Positions 1 through 9,670 of a stretch of DNA of 44,722 nucleotides are shown here, piece by piece (position 1 is the first letter of the stretch; each line of letters opens with the position of its first letter). The translations under genes and the position numbers were made by a program. Under the pieces are notes generated by a model. The model was given only the letters and a program-made list of their open reading frames with translations, searched no databases and was not told where the DNA came from. This stretch comes from Minisyncoccota bacterium (GTDB lineage Bacteria > Patescibacteriota > Microgenomatia > UBA1400 > UBA12028). The DNA lies in NCBI GenBank assembly GCA_016211945.1, contig JACRHV010000006.1, positions 1-44,722 of the forward strand, given 5' to 3'.

Positions 1-416
1 CGACGAATGTGAGGACTTCCCGCAATGAGATCGAGATCTTCTGGTCGAAAAAGCACCGTGAGTACATGCCCCACAACGTCTTTTTTTCGTTTTGATACTC
101 CGTCTAAAAGATACTTGCGCTTTTGCACACGCTCCCCTTGCACCATTCCTGTTGTCACGAGAACCTCAAGATTTTCATCCCCATTCTTTGATGAAATCTC
201 GCCTTTCACCCTCCCCACCTCTTTTCCCCACTGCACCATTTCCTCTATGCGACGCGCACGAAAACTTTCACCCGTAGAAAGGAGTGTTATCGCTTCCAAA
301 ATATTTGTTTTCCCACGAGCGTTTTCACCAATAATAACCGTGATTTTGGGAGAGAATTGAAATGTTTTTGCAGAGTAGTTGCGAAAATGGTGGAGTGAAA
401 GAGAGCGTATCTGCAT
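1..416 (-). CDS. recF: DNA replication/repair protein RecF (N-terminal part, runs off the window)
   Basis: Not in the ORF track. Hand translation from ATG at 416 gives MQIRSLSLHHFRNY...IIGENARGKTNILEAI...GESFRA...LFRPEDLDLIAGSPHIRR, with the RecF FRNY, Walker A and FxPEDL motifs. Confidence 0.92.
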   Translation of the reverse strand, partial: MQIRSLSLHHFRNYSAKTFQFSPKITVIIGENARGKTNILEAITLLSTGESFRARRIEEMVQWGKEVGRVKGEISSKNGDENLEVLVTTGMVQGERVQKRKYLLDGVSKRKKDVVGHVLTVLFRPEDLDLIAGSPHIR

Positions 417-443
417 AGTAATATTATGACAGATTTATCGCGA

Positions 444-2240
444 TTATCTTTCCAAAACCGCTAAAAATGCTTCCTGTGGAAGTGAGATTTTGCCAAACTC
501 TTTCATCCGCTTCTTCCCCTTTTTCTGCTTCTTCAATAGTTTATCTTTCCGTGTTTGGTCACCACCATACAGTTTTGCAATCACATCTTTGCGGTACGAT
601 CCAATTGTTTCGCGCGCAACAATGTCTCCACCAACCGCCGCCTGAATTGCCACCTCAAACTGTTGACGAGGAATCACCTCTTTCAGTTTCTTTGTGATGA
701 CTCTACCAATGCGTTGCGCTTGCGATCGAACGACCATCTGCGAAAGCGCCTCCACAACTTCATGGTGAACCAAGATATCCAGCTTCACTGCATCCACCGG
801 TTCATATCCAATGAGTTCATATTCAAGACTCGCAAATCCGGATGAAACAGACTTTAATCGATCATGAAACTGTACAATCAACTCTGCCAACGGCAAAAAA
901 TACGTTGCGCGCACGCGTGACCCAATGTCCTGGAGTTCCTGCAAACTCGCGCGATGTTCCTCACACAATCGCATCACGGCACCTAAATAGTCTTTAGGTG
1001 TGTAAATTGTTGCCAGTGTCATAGGCTCATCATACTGCGTAATCTCTGATGGATCCGGCAGTTCTGATGGATTATGAATCATTTTTTCTGTGCCGTTGGT
1101 TAAATGGATACGGTACGGGACCGAGGGAGAGGTTGCGATCAACTCAAGATCATACTCATCTTCCAGTCTTTCCTGCACAACATCGGCATGCAAAATCCCC
1201 AAGAAACCCACGCGTAATCCATTCCCCAGTGCGTGCGAATGTGTCGGCTGATATTGAATTGCGGCATCATGAAGTGCCAACTTCCCCATCGCGTCTACCA
1301 ACAACACAAAATCGTCTCCATCCATCGGGTAAAAATCCATATAGACCATCGGTTGTGGTTCTTTATATCCTGCGAGTGGCAAAGTCTTGCGCTGTTGTGC
1401 GGCTACTGCGGTTGTGACAGTATCACCTACGCGTACGAGCGCGACTTCCTTCAGTCCTGTTGCCAAGTACCCTACCTCGCCCATACGAAGTTCCGTGACT
1501 TCCTTCATCTCAGGATTGAAGATGCCAATTTCTGTTGGGAGAAATGTTGCTTTTGCTGCCATCAAATGAAGCTGTTCGCGTTTCAGCACGCCACTCATCA
1601 CGCGAACATACGCAATCACCCCTTTATGCGGATGATACAGCGATGCAAAAACAAGAACGCGCAATGGTTCGTCCTCGCGGCCAGTTGGAGGCGGAATATG
1701 ATCAACAATGGCCTGCAACAATGTATCAACACCAGCACCGGATTTTGCGGAGACACGGACAATGTCCTGTTCGGAAACTTTAAGTACTTCAATCAGATCT
1801 AACGCAACTTGGTCAGGATCGGCAGCTGGCAGATCAATTTTATTAATCACTGGAATAATTTTTAAACCTAAAACACGCGCTTTCTCAAAATTTGAAAGTG
1901 TTTGCGCTTGAATTCCCTGAGTCGCGTCCACCACTAAAAGAGCCCCTTCACACGCAGCCAAGGAGCGGGAAACTTCGTATCCAAAATCAACATGTCCTGG
2001 TGTATCAATCAAATTTAATTCATATGTTTCCGTGCCAACGGAGTGAAACATGCGAACCGGTGCCAATTTAATCGTAATCCCTCGTTCCTTTTCAATCGGA
2101 TTACTGTCCATCATCCGCTCTTCAAGTAGACGCGCAGAAACCGTGTTTGTTGCACGCAGTAAGCGATCGGTCAGGGTCGTTTTGCCGTGATCGATATGCG
2201 CGATAATGCTGAAGTTTCGAACATTTCTTGAGGAAATCAT
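444..2240 (-). CDS. lepA: Elongation factor 4 (LepA GTPase)
   Basis: RNFSIIAHIDHGKTT, DTPGHVDF, NKID and C-terminal YGGDQTRKDKLLKKQKKGKKRMK. Start moved to ATG 2240 (MISSRNVRN), removing the overlap with murJ. Confidence 0.97.
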   Translation of the reverse strand: MISSRNVRNFSIIAHIDHGKTTLTDRLLRATNTVSARLLEERMMDSNPIEKERGITIKLAPVRMFHSVGTETYELNLIDTPGHVDFGYEVSRSLAACEGALLVVDATQGIQAQTLSNFEKARVLGLKIIPVINKIDLPAADPDQVALDLIEVLKVSEQDIVRVSAKSGAGVDTLLQAIVDHIPPPTGREDEPLRVLVFASLYHPHKGVIAYVRVMSGVLKREQLHLMAAKATFLPTEIGIFNPEMKEVTELRMGEVGYLATGLKEVALVRVGDTVTTAVAAQQRKTLPLAGYKEPQPMVYMDFYPMDGDDFVLLVDAMGKLALHDAAIQYQPTHSHALGNGLRVGFLGILHADVVQERLEDEYDLELIATSPSVPYRIHLTNGTEKMIHNPSELPDPSEITQYDEPMTLATIYTPKDYLGAVMRLCEEHRASLQELQDIGSRVRATYFLPLAELIVQFHDRLKSVSSGFASLEYELIGYEPVDAVKLDILVHHEVVEALSQMVVRSQAQRIGRVITKKLKEVIPRQQFEVAIQAAVGGDIVARETIGSYRKDVIAKLYGGDQTRKDKLLKKQKKGKKRMKEFGKISLPQEAFLAVLER

Positions 2241-2283
2241 GAGAGTGTATTGTACCAGGTTCTTGTAGGATTCTATACCAAAC

Positions 2284-3972
2284 CTAGTCCACACTCGCTT
2301 CCGCACTCACTGTTTCTATCGCCTCGCCAGATTTTGCCAAGTTCTTCTGCCACCCCGCCATGCGGCCCCACAAATTCTTCACAATATACAACTCCTCCAG
2401 TTTAAACAACCAAACAAGAAGCAAATAAACTGTCATACCAATCACCGACACAACCCCCGTCAATACCAAAAGTCCAATGGTGTGTGTCGTATCGATGATC
2501 GCGATATCCAACACCTTTAGCGGAAAGTACAGTCCACACGCCATGAGGACTGACGCAATCATCATCTTGACTTGCGGTACGAGAACATCGTGCAGAGAAA
2601 ATCGAATCTTTACAAACAACATCGCTGTTAAAACCGCAGCTTCTATCCATCCGGAAATACTCACAGTAGCGGCTAACCCTAACATTGAGAATGAGGTGAA
2701 GTATGTGATGTACCAACCGGAAATAACTCCTACAACCATAGACGCCAGTGAAACGACAAACGGCCCCTTTGTGTCGTGCAACGCATACAGTCCCCGCACT
2801 AAAACGTGCGTAACCGCCTGGGCTGCTACCGATAACGCGAGGATTGCGACAATTTTCCCTGTAAGTACCGTGTCCGCCCATGGGAAGTTTTTTGCTCCAA
2901 ACGCAAAACGGACAATTGGAATACGCAAAATCAACAAAAGTACAGAGGCTGGCCATGCAAAAAACATTACCTGATGAATCGACTGAACGAGCAATTTGCG
3001 AAACCGATCCTCATCCCCTTTTCCTGATTCTTGCGATAAAAACGGAAGTGCCGCCTGTCCGATAGGCACACCAAAAATGCGAATAGGGATCGACATGAGC
3101 CGTTGCGCGAATCGCATAATAGTCAAGTTTGCACCACTAATTGAAGTGATAAAAAATGTCAAAAAGTATGGCTGAATTAAGTCAATTGCCGTTCCAATCG
3201 CCCTCGGAATAGTGAGGCGAAACGTTTCCCGCACACCTGGATGGTTCCACAGTACAATAGGTCGATAATGGAATCCCAATTTCCACGCGAGCGGCAACTG
3301 CAATGCCATGTGCAAAAACGCCCCGATTAACGTTCCGTACACCGGACCAAAAATCCCAAAATATTTACTGAGTACAACTGTTCCAAAAATAATGCCCAAG
3401 TTATACACAACGGGAGAGATTGCGTGAATGATAAACCGCTGATATGACTGAATCATTCCAGATAAAAAGTTCGAGATCGCAAAAAAGAATTGTGAAAACA
3501 ACATTGTACGCGTCATGTTTGCAGCAAGAGCTATCTGCGACGCTGAAAACTGTGTTCCCGTCATTCCACGTATAATCTGTTCTGCAAAAATTATGACCGT
3601 TATCGATACAACACAAAAAAGAATCAATACAACATTCATAACACTGGATGCAATAGCAAATGCATCATCCTCACTTTTCTGCTTGTACTTGGTAAATACG
3701 GGAATAAATGCCGCAGAAAGAGCGCCAATCACTAAGAGTTGAAACACGAGATCCGATGGTTGGAACGCCACCCAATAGGCATCAAGCTGTTCCTGTGTTT
3801 TTGTCGATGGGTTATAGAATGTTGAGGCTAAAAGTCTATAACTCAATAACCCCGTCAATGAAGAAAGAAGCACTGATGCTGTAATAATCACCGCAGCTGA
3901 AAGAATCGATGTTTGTTGTTTTTCAAGCCATTGCGTGCCGTTTTGAAAGTTTTTGAGTATGGAAAGGACCAT
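2284..3972 (-). CDS. murJ: Lipid II flippase MurJ/MviN
   Basis: Many TM segments; LDAYWVAFQPSDL, GALSAAFIPVF, RGLYALHDTKGP are MviN-type motifs. Likely start ATG 3972. Confidence 0.9.
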   Translation of the reverse strand: MVLSILKNFQNGTQWLEKQQTSILSAAVIITASVLLSSLTGLLSYRLLASTFYNPSTKTQEQLDAYWVAFQPSDLVFQLLVIGALSAAFIPVFTKYKQKSEDDAFAIASSVMNVVLILFCVVSITVIIFAEQIIRGMTGTQFSASQIALAANMTRTMLFSQFFFAISNFLSGMIQSYQRFIIHAISPVVYNLGIIFGTVVLSKYFGIFGPVYGTLIGAFLHMALQLPLAWKLGFHYRPIVLWNHPGVRETFRLTIPRAIGTAIDLIQPYFLTFFITSISGANLTIMRFAQRLMSIPIRIFGVPIGQAALPFLSQESGKGDEDRFRKLLVQSIHQVMFFAWPASVLLLILRIPIVRFAFGAKNFPWADTVLTGKIVAILALSVAAQAVTHVLVRGLYALHDTKGPFVVSLASMVVGVISGWYITYFTSFSMLGLAATVSISGWIEAAVLTAMLFVKIRFSLHDVLVPQVKMMIASVLMACGLYFPLKVLDIAIIDTTHTIGLLVLTGVVSVIGMTVYLLLVWLFKLEELYIVKNLWGRMAGWQKNLAKSGEAIETVSAEASVD

Positions 3973-4175
3973 ATAGGTGCATTTAACCACAAGGTTGATG
4001 TTTTCGGTATCCGGCAGAAATTGAGATTGTTTATGTTCGTCTTCGTATTCTCTTCGCCTTGCGCAATCTCTGGCAGTTCTATACACTCATTTCATAGCCT
4101 GAATAAGGCAGATTTTTGTACTGGAAAAGATCGAGAGATTGAGGAAAAATAAAACAACAGTAAAGCCTGCCAACT

Positions 4176-5573
4176 ATGAATGTAAAAGAATTTTTTTCTA
4201 AACGCATTCCAACAATACTCGGAATATTATTCCTTGTCGGTGGTTTGGGTGTGGGAATTTTTATTGTGAACCAAGGAACTGGCGGATTTTTGCCAAAAGC
4301 AAGTCCTGAAACAACACCAAAAAACGTCAAGATTACCAATATTACTGACAACACATTTACCGTTTCATTCATCACCGATACCGCAGTCCCCAGCTACGTA
4401 AAGTACGGGACGGAAACAAACAAACTTTCCAGTCAGACAAGCGACGACCGCGATCAATTAAGTGGAAGTGTTGGCCAATTCACCACACATCACATTACAC
4501 TCCGCAGTCTTTCTCCATCCACAACGTATTACTTTGCCATCGGCACTGCTTCGAGAGAAATTTATACAGACAACGGAAAACCATATCAAGTTGCCACCGC
4601 ACCAAAAATTGGCGCAGCACCAGAAGCGTTTACCGCCTACGGAAGTGTGGTAACCAAAGCCTCAACTCCAGCAAGTGACAGCATCGTCTATGTTTCGCTG
4701 GACGGGGCAAGTCCTCTCTCCACTCTCGTGAAGTCGTCGGGGAGCTGGGCCATCCCACTCTCTACTGCGCGTACTAAAAATCTTTCCTCGTACGCACAAA
4801 CAACACCGGATACACAGGTCGACATTTTTGTACAAGGAAAGGAGGCGGCAACTGTTTCTAAAGGACAGGTAACCGTTGCAAAAACACAACCCGTGCCGAC
4901 CATAACATTGGGGCAGTCTTTATCTGTTGAAACAACTGCGTCAACCGCGACTCCAGCAACAGAATCGGCACAAGCAAGTTCTATGGAAGCTTCCGGAAGT
5001 TCAAAGTTCTCTGCCGCACAATTGAGTCCGGCAGTTGAAAGTACTGCAGGCGCAGTGCAAGCGCTCGGCATCACGTTTTATAATCCATCGAAAAATGGCG
5101 AGGAACTCAACACATTGAAACCTGCTTTACAAGGAAAAGGGCCTGCAAAAACAAAGCTTACCATCGAGATTCATTCTGATCCCGTATATAAGGGTACCGT
5201 AACAACCGACGCCAATGGCGAGTGGACATATACACCAACCGGCAATCTTACTCCCGGCGAACATACAATCACTGTAAGTTATAAAGACGCGAATGGACAA
5301 ACCGTCACCGAACAACGTACGTTCAAGGTGCTTGCACAAGGCAAAAGCGTGAATCCAGCCTTCACCTCTACTCCGTCGGCAACAACGACAGGCAGTGCGA
5401 CAACGCGAACAACCACAGTCGCAAGTGGGTCAGCAGTTCCAAAGTCAGGAAGCGTGGAGCAAACGTTTGTCTTACTTTTCGCCGGCCTTTTGAGTGTGTT
5501 TGCCGGTCTGTACCTATGGCATCGGTCATCGCAATACAGTCTTGACGCGCTAGAGGAATATACCGTACTGTAA
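4176..5573 (+). CDS. Membrane-anchored surface protein with Fn3-like and Ig-like domains and a C-terminal VPKSG+TM tail
   Basis: N-terminal TM; Fn3-like PKNVKITNITDNTFTVSF...HHITLRSLSPSTTYYF; Ig-like TTDANGEWTYTP...LTPGEHTITV; Thr-rich linker; VPKSG then a hydrophobic helix. Confidence 0.75.
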   Translation: MNVKEFFSKRIPTILGILFLVGGLGVGIFIVNQGTGGFLPKASPETTPKNVKITNITDNTFTVSFITDTAVPSYVKYGTETNKLSSQTSDDRDQLSGSVGQFTTHHITLRSLSPSTTYYFAIGTASREIYTDNGKPYQVATAPKIGAAPEAFTAYGSVVTKASTPASDSIVYVSLDGASPLSTLVKSSGSWAIPLSTARTKNLSSYAQTTPDTQVDIFVQGKEAATVSKGQVTVAKTQPVPTITLGQSLSVETTASTATPATESAQASSMEASGSSKFSAAQLSPAVESTAGAVQALGITFYNPSKNGEELNTLKPALQGKGPAKTKLTIEIHSDPVYKGTVTTDANGEWTYTPTGNLTPGEHTITVSYKDANGQTVTEQRTFKVLAQGKSVNPAFTSTPSATTTGSATTRTTTVASGSAVPKSGSVEQTFVLLFAGLLSVFAGLYLWHRSSQYSLDALEEYTVL

Positions 5574-5584
5574 GAGAGAGTCAC

Positions 5585-8500
5585 ATGGACGATACACAAA
5601 AGACCCTGCCACCATCTTCCCCCACTCCGAATCCTTCAAAAGACCCGCAGAGCACATTGGACGATATTCTGTCGCAGTTGGAAGAACAGTATAAGAAGGC
5701 AATGGATCGTGGTACTGTGCAGGAAAAAGTTATTGAAGAGAAAAAAGAACACGTTTCCGTTCCCGTTATTACCCCTCCACCACCATCTTCATCAACTGTT
5801 TTAGAGAAACCAGCAGACGCCATTTTGTCTGCTCCAAAGACTGAGACTATAAAAACAGAACTCTCTGGGGCAAATCTATCCGTTGCACATTCCCCAATAT
5901 CTCACGCTGAAGAACATACCCTCCCCCATTCCTCAGCTATCGATGCGGCACAAAAAAAGGTTACTGTTGAACCTATTGGAAGTGTTGTAAAACCGACCAC
6001 AATCATCGAGCCAAACGTGATGAAAACTATGCAAGAGGATGGAATTCCACCGAAAAAAGTTGAACCATTGCCAGCTTCAGCTCAGTCAACGACACAGGAA
6101 CCTACTTCTCCTTTTGCTCGCGTCGTAAAAAAAATGGGCAAGACTAGAACATTGGTGGGGAGTTTGCTTATTGTATTGACAATAGGTGGGCTTATAGGCG
6201 CATCATATCTAGTAAAAAAATCACAGGATACACGAAAACATGCGGCTGGATTTTGTGAAGTGAAAACAGAAAGTGGAGAAACTGCGGGATTTGTTATTTG
6301 TGATACACCGGGGGAAACACTTACTGGTACTTGGGATGATGTAAATAAAAATCGAAATGTTGATAATGCCGCTGTAACAGATAGTCAAATTAACTATAGT
6401 AATAGTACAGTTACTTCAGACCAACCTTTAGTTACTGTACAAACCGATAATAACAATAATATTGTTGATAATGGCGGGGGGGGTGGCAACAATAATAATG
6501 GTGGAAATAACGATGGTGGAAACAATGGAGGGGGCAACACTACTCCACCCACCACTGCTGGTGGAGTTGCCATTGGTGGCGCTGACACGAAATGCACAGC
6601 AGCAGAACAAAAAGACTGCGGTGGAGCCAACCAAGGATACTGTGTCTGTGGATCCTCGCAAGAAAAACTCTGTAAAGGCAACTACACCCCTATGGGTGGA
6701 GACTGTGTTCCTGCAGGAACGAAGGAGGCAGTCGCCGGCAAACCAGGAGATACTGGAACACAGTGTCAATCTAATAGTGGATGTGCAGATGGCCTAGAGT
6801 GCTCTAGCCACGTTTGTCAGGAGAAACCAAAAACACAGCCAACATCTGTTGCAGATACCGGAGTTGGTCGTGGAGCACAAGGCGCATGTTGGTGTCAAGA
6901 AAAAGGTCTTGTGTGTACGAATAACGGAAAAGCACAATGGATGGGACCTGTTGGAGAATGTACTGATGCAAAAAACGATGGAAAAAGTGCGGGTAAAATT
7001 TTAGATTTTTCATCGAGTAATGCTGTCAATGAGCGTGTTGGTATCAATGAAGCAAAATACGGAACAGGCAGTCTTGAAATTATTACTCCAGGAGGGGGAC
7101 CGAGCGGTTACCAGGTAAAAGATCTCGTTGCTGGACAAACGATCGGTAATATGTGTGATAACGCTGATTATGCAAAAGCAAAACCGTGTAACACTCATGC
7201 GGATTGGGAGCGCGGATATTATGATGCAAAAAAACCGGAGAACTTTGGGAAAAAGGCCACACAACCAGAGTACACTGATGCTGTTGGTCATGATTTAGAC
7301 GGAAATTCGGCAAATGGATATCAAATTGGGAAAATTGAGTGGGATCCTGTCACAAAGCAATTCGTTATAAAAACAGCATTTACATTAAATACATCTGCGA
7401 TGAAAATTGATCCTTCTTCTGTGTTTACCGTTTCGCAAAATGCTGATGGAACTGCAAGTTTGACACGTATTTCATCGAGTGCGAGCGGAGGATCTTCTGG
7501 GACTCTCCCTCCCGATTGGTTTGATCGAGCAAAAAATGGGAAATGCAACTCACCAGCAGTCGTTCCAAATGATAATCCTAATGTATTGAATACCTATGAT
7601 TTAGTAGATCCTACCTTCTCAAAACATGATTTATTATGTGAACCTGTAAATGGTATGGCGGCATTCTGTGTACCAAATGGATGGTTGGGCAGTAAAGGAT
7701 GTGATCAGTACGTTCTCGAGGGTGGTGGTGCATTGAGATACGGTGGAAATGCTGTGTTTGTTGCACAAGCATGTTCTGGTGTTCAAGATGAGCATGGAAT
7801 TATTACTTGTTCGAAAGACAGTAAGTATTGGCAATGCAGTCCATATGAGTATTCAACGCTTGGATCTGGAAATGTCGTATCTGTAACTGAAGTTGGCTTC
7901 AAATGCTATGAAAAGGATCCAGCAAAAAGACTGAGTGCCCCAGCAGCCGCACCGTTTACGGTCAATGGTGACTGTATTTCTTCCAAAAACGGGGGCACCA
8001 TTGCGGGATATTATTGTCAAGGATCTGCCGAGGCAGGAAGAAGTCTTGGATGTAATGATCCATCTCCTCTAAATGTCTCTCCTCGAACAAGTGGGCAGAT
8101 TTGTGTGAATGATATCGTGGCAGCATCGGATATTTGCGGCGTCGTACAGGTAGATGGAGATGGTATTGGCACTGATGGACAGTATTATCACTACTCCATT
8201 AATGTTGCTTCAACAAACGGGTGTGGATCTGGTCCAAGAATACCAACTCCACCAATAGTTCAGGTGAGTTGTCTGCCGGGGCAATGTGGCGGAACAACAT
8301 CAATCTGTACAGAAAATTGTGGCGGCACCACCCCATCTCCTCCACCTCCAGGCTCCCCGGTGTGTGTAGACATCACAACATCAATTGCGGCACCCACAAT
8401 CGGACAGGCCCCAGTCTTCACCTGCTCCCCCGCCGCCGAGGCAACACGATATGAGTTCCGGTACAAAATTGGTTCCGGCGCATATTCCGCGATTACACCA

Positions 8501-8614
8501 GCCTCAACAAACAGCAATGTTTCCACACCGCTTACCGTGAATGCGAGTGGTGTCTATACTGTGCAATGTCGACCATGTAATGCAAACGGATGCGCAAATT
8601 GGGATAATCTATGA
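5585..8614 (+). CDS. Large (1009 aa) Cys-rich single-pass surface protein
   Basis: About 190-aa Pro/Ser/Glu-rich N-terminus, one TM (LVGSLLIVLTIGGLIGASYLV), Asn/Gly low-complexity tract, many Cys modules, C-terminal Fn3/Ig-like domain. Confidence 0.75.
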   Translation: MDDTQKTLPPSSPTPNPSKDPQSTLDDILSQLEEQYKKAMDRGTVQEKVIEEKKEHVSVPVITPPPPSSSTVLEKPADAILSAPKTETIKTELSGANLSVAHSPISHAEEHTLPHSSAIDAAQKKVTVEPIGSVVKPTTIIEPNVMKTMQEDGIPPKKVEPLPASAQSTTQEPTSPFARVVKKMGKTRTLVGSLLIVLTIGGLIGASYLVKKSQDTRKHAAGFCEVKTESGETAGFVICDTPGETLTGTWDDVNKNRNVDNAAVTDSQINYSNSTVTSDQPLVTVQTDNNNNIVDNGGGGGNNNNGGNNDGGNNGGGNTTPPTTAGGVAIGGADTKCTAAEQKDCGGANQGYCVCGSSQEKLCKGNYTPMGGDCVPAGTKEAVAGKPGDTGTQCQSNSGCADGLECSSHVCQEKPKTQPTSVADTGVGRGAQGACWCQEKGLVCTNNGKAQWMGPVGECTDAKNDGKSAGKILDFSSSNAVNERVGINEAKYGTGSLEIITPGGGPSGYQVKDLVAGQTIGNMCDNADYAKAKPCNTHADWERGYYDAKKPENFGKKATQPEYTDAVGHDLDGNSANGYQIGKIEWDPVTKQFVIKTAFTLNTSAMKIDPSSVFTVSQNADGTASLTRISSSASGGSSGTLPPDWFDRAKNGKCNSPAVVPNDNPNVLNTYDLVDPTFSKHDLLCEPVNGMAAFCVPNGWLGSKGCDQYVLEGGGALRYGGNAVFVAQACSGVQDEHGIITCSKDSKYWQCSPYEYSTLGSGNVVSVTEVGFKCYEKDPAKRLSAPAAAPFTVNGDCISSKNGGTIAGYYCQGSAEAGRSLGCNDPSPLNVSPRTSGQICVNDIVAASDICGVVQVDGDGIGTDGQYYHYSINVASTNGCGSGPRIPTPPIVQVSCLPGQCGGTTSICTENCGGTTPSPPPPGSPVCVDITTSIAAPTIGQAPVFTCSPAAEATRYEFRYKIGSGAYSAITPASTNSNVSTPLTVNASGVYTVQCRPCNANGCANWDNL
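6446..6540 (+). repeat. Asn/Gly low-complexity coding tract including a G8 run (6476-6483)
   Basis: Encodes DNNNNIVDNGGGGGNNNNGGNNDGGNNGGGN; imperfect AAT/GGN codon repeats. Confidence 0.6.
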
Positions 8615-9336
8615 GCTTCAACGTCATACAAAAACACCGGCTGAAAACATACCTCATTGTTGGAGGTACGATCTTGACACTTGTTCTTGCGGGTGCGGTT
8701 GTATTTATTGCCGGTAAAATCGAGAAAAAAGGAAGCACCTCTATTGCTCCAAACGTGCCCACTTCCAGACCGAAAGCGGCGAATGCGGGCACATGTTCCC
8801 TTCAATTTACTGTTACTGGCTCCTCGCCAAGTCCTTCGCCGTCTACGACGCCGAGTCCATCACCAAGCGTTTCACCGTCACCATCGGTTTCGCCTTCTCC
8901 AACACCTCCGATTTCATGCAACTCAAGTTGTACGACCAATGCGAACTGTCAGTCTGGTCTTGTGTGTTCCGGCGCATCTCCTGGACAAGCCGGTTCATGC
9001 CGCAATCCCCTGTGTACAGGTTCATCGAGCTGTCTCTGCCCAACTCCCTCTCCAACCCCACCAAACGGGTGTAATAACGGCTGTGTCACGAACAACGACT
9101 GTGCCGCAGGACTTGTGTGCTCAAACAACCTTTGTCGAACAGCCGCATGCTTAAGCAGTGCAAACTGTCTTTGTTCTTCATCACCAACACCGACAACAAC
9201 GACAGGGACATCACGCCCCACACCAACGCCAACCTCAACGTTACCAAAGGCAGGGTCTGTTTTAGGCACAACAACAGTCTTTGGACTGGGAACAATCTTG
9301 ACTATTCTTGGAATTATTGGATTCTTCGCGCTTTAG
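8611..9336 (+). CDS. Small Cys-rich surface protein with Ser-Pro linkers and a C-terminal LPKAG+TM tail
   Basis: ATGA overlap with the upstream gene; N-terminal TM; (SP)n linker; two 8-Cys repeats; LPKAG followed by a hydrophobic helix. Confidence 0.75.
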   Translation: MSFNVIQKHRLKTYLIVGGTILTLVLAGAVVFIAGKIEKKGSTSIAPNVPTSRPKAANAGTCSLQFTVTGSSPSPSPSTTPSPSPSVSPSPSVSPSPTPPISCNSSCTTNANCQSGLVCSGASPGQAGSCRNPLCTGSSSCLCPTPSPTPPNGCNNGCVTNNDCAAGLVCSNNLCRTAACLSSANCLCSSSPTPTTTTGTSRPTPTPTSTLPKAGSVLGTTTVFGLGTILTILGIIGFFAL

Positions 9337-9351
9337 TTTTGCATCAAAAAT

Positions 9352-9567
9352 TTAGTGATCTGCCCGACGAATTGTTTTTTTCAGTCGTATTCCCTCATAT
9401 CGTTTTTCCTCGCCAGTATGTGTGTTTCGCGCGGTTAACACATATGCCTCATGTTCCTTGAGTTCCGTATCTGCGAGTTGTTCGATCTGAAAAAACTGCT
9501 TCCAAAAACGCTGATGTTCGATTTCCTGAAATGGGTGTTTGAAGAAAAGATGTTTTGGTTTTTTCAT
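9352..9567 (-). CDS. Hypothetical protein (71 aa)
   Basis: Fills the gap between the surface-protein cluster and the tRNA; no recognisable motif. Confidence 0.5.
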   Translation of the reverse strand: MKKPKHLFFKHPFQEIEHQRFWKQFFQIEQLADTELKEHEAYVLTARNTHTGEEKRYEGIRLKKTIRRADH

Positions 9568-9568
9568 G

Positions 9569-9641
9569 TGGGCGCGCCTGGATTCGAACCAGGAACCTTG
9601 AAGGTATAAGCTTCCTGCGCTAACCGTTGCGCCACGCGCCC
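9569..9641 (-). tRNA. tRNA-Ile, anticodon UAU; CCA not encoded
   Basis: Reverse complement folds as GGGCGCG/CGCGCCC acceptor stem, GCGC/GCGC D stem, GGAAG-CTTATAC-CTTCA anticodon arm (TAT at 9608-9606), CCTGG-TTCGAAT-CCAGG T arm, discriminator A. Confidence 0.93.
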
Positions 9642-9652
9642 GCTATGGGAGG

Positions 9653-9661
9653 ATTGTAGCA
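9653..9661 (-). promoter_or_regulatory. Extended -10 promoter for tRNA-Ile
   Basis: TGcTACAAT on the minus strand, 11 nt upstream of the tRNA 5' end. Confidence 0.55.
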
Positions 9662-9670
9662 TATTACTTC

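Noticed and set aside
25-360. Plus-strand ORFs at the window start
   Set aside because: They are antisense shadows of recF, which has clear motifs on the minus strand.
4079-4375. 98-aa minus-strand ORF with a hydrophobic start
   Set aside because: It overlaps the 4176 gene antisense and has no RBS or motif.
8820-8910. Short periodic repeats as a CRISPR or DNA repeat array
   Set aside because: They are synonymous-variable codons for a Ser-Pro linker, with no spacers or cas genes.
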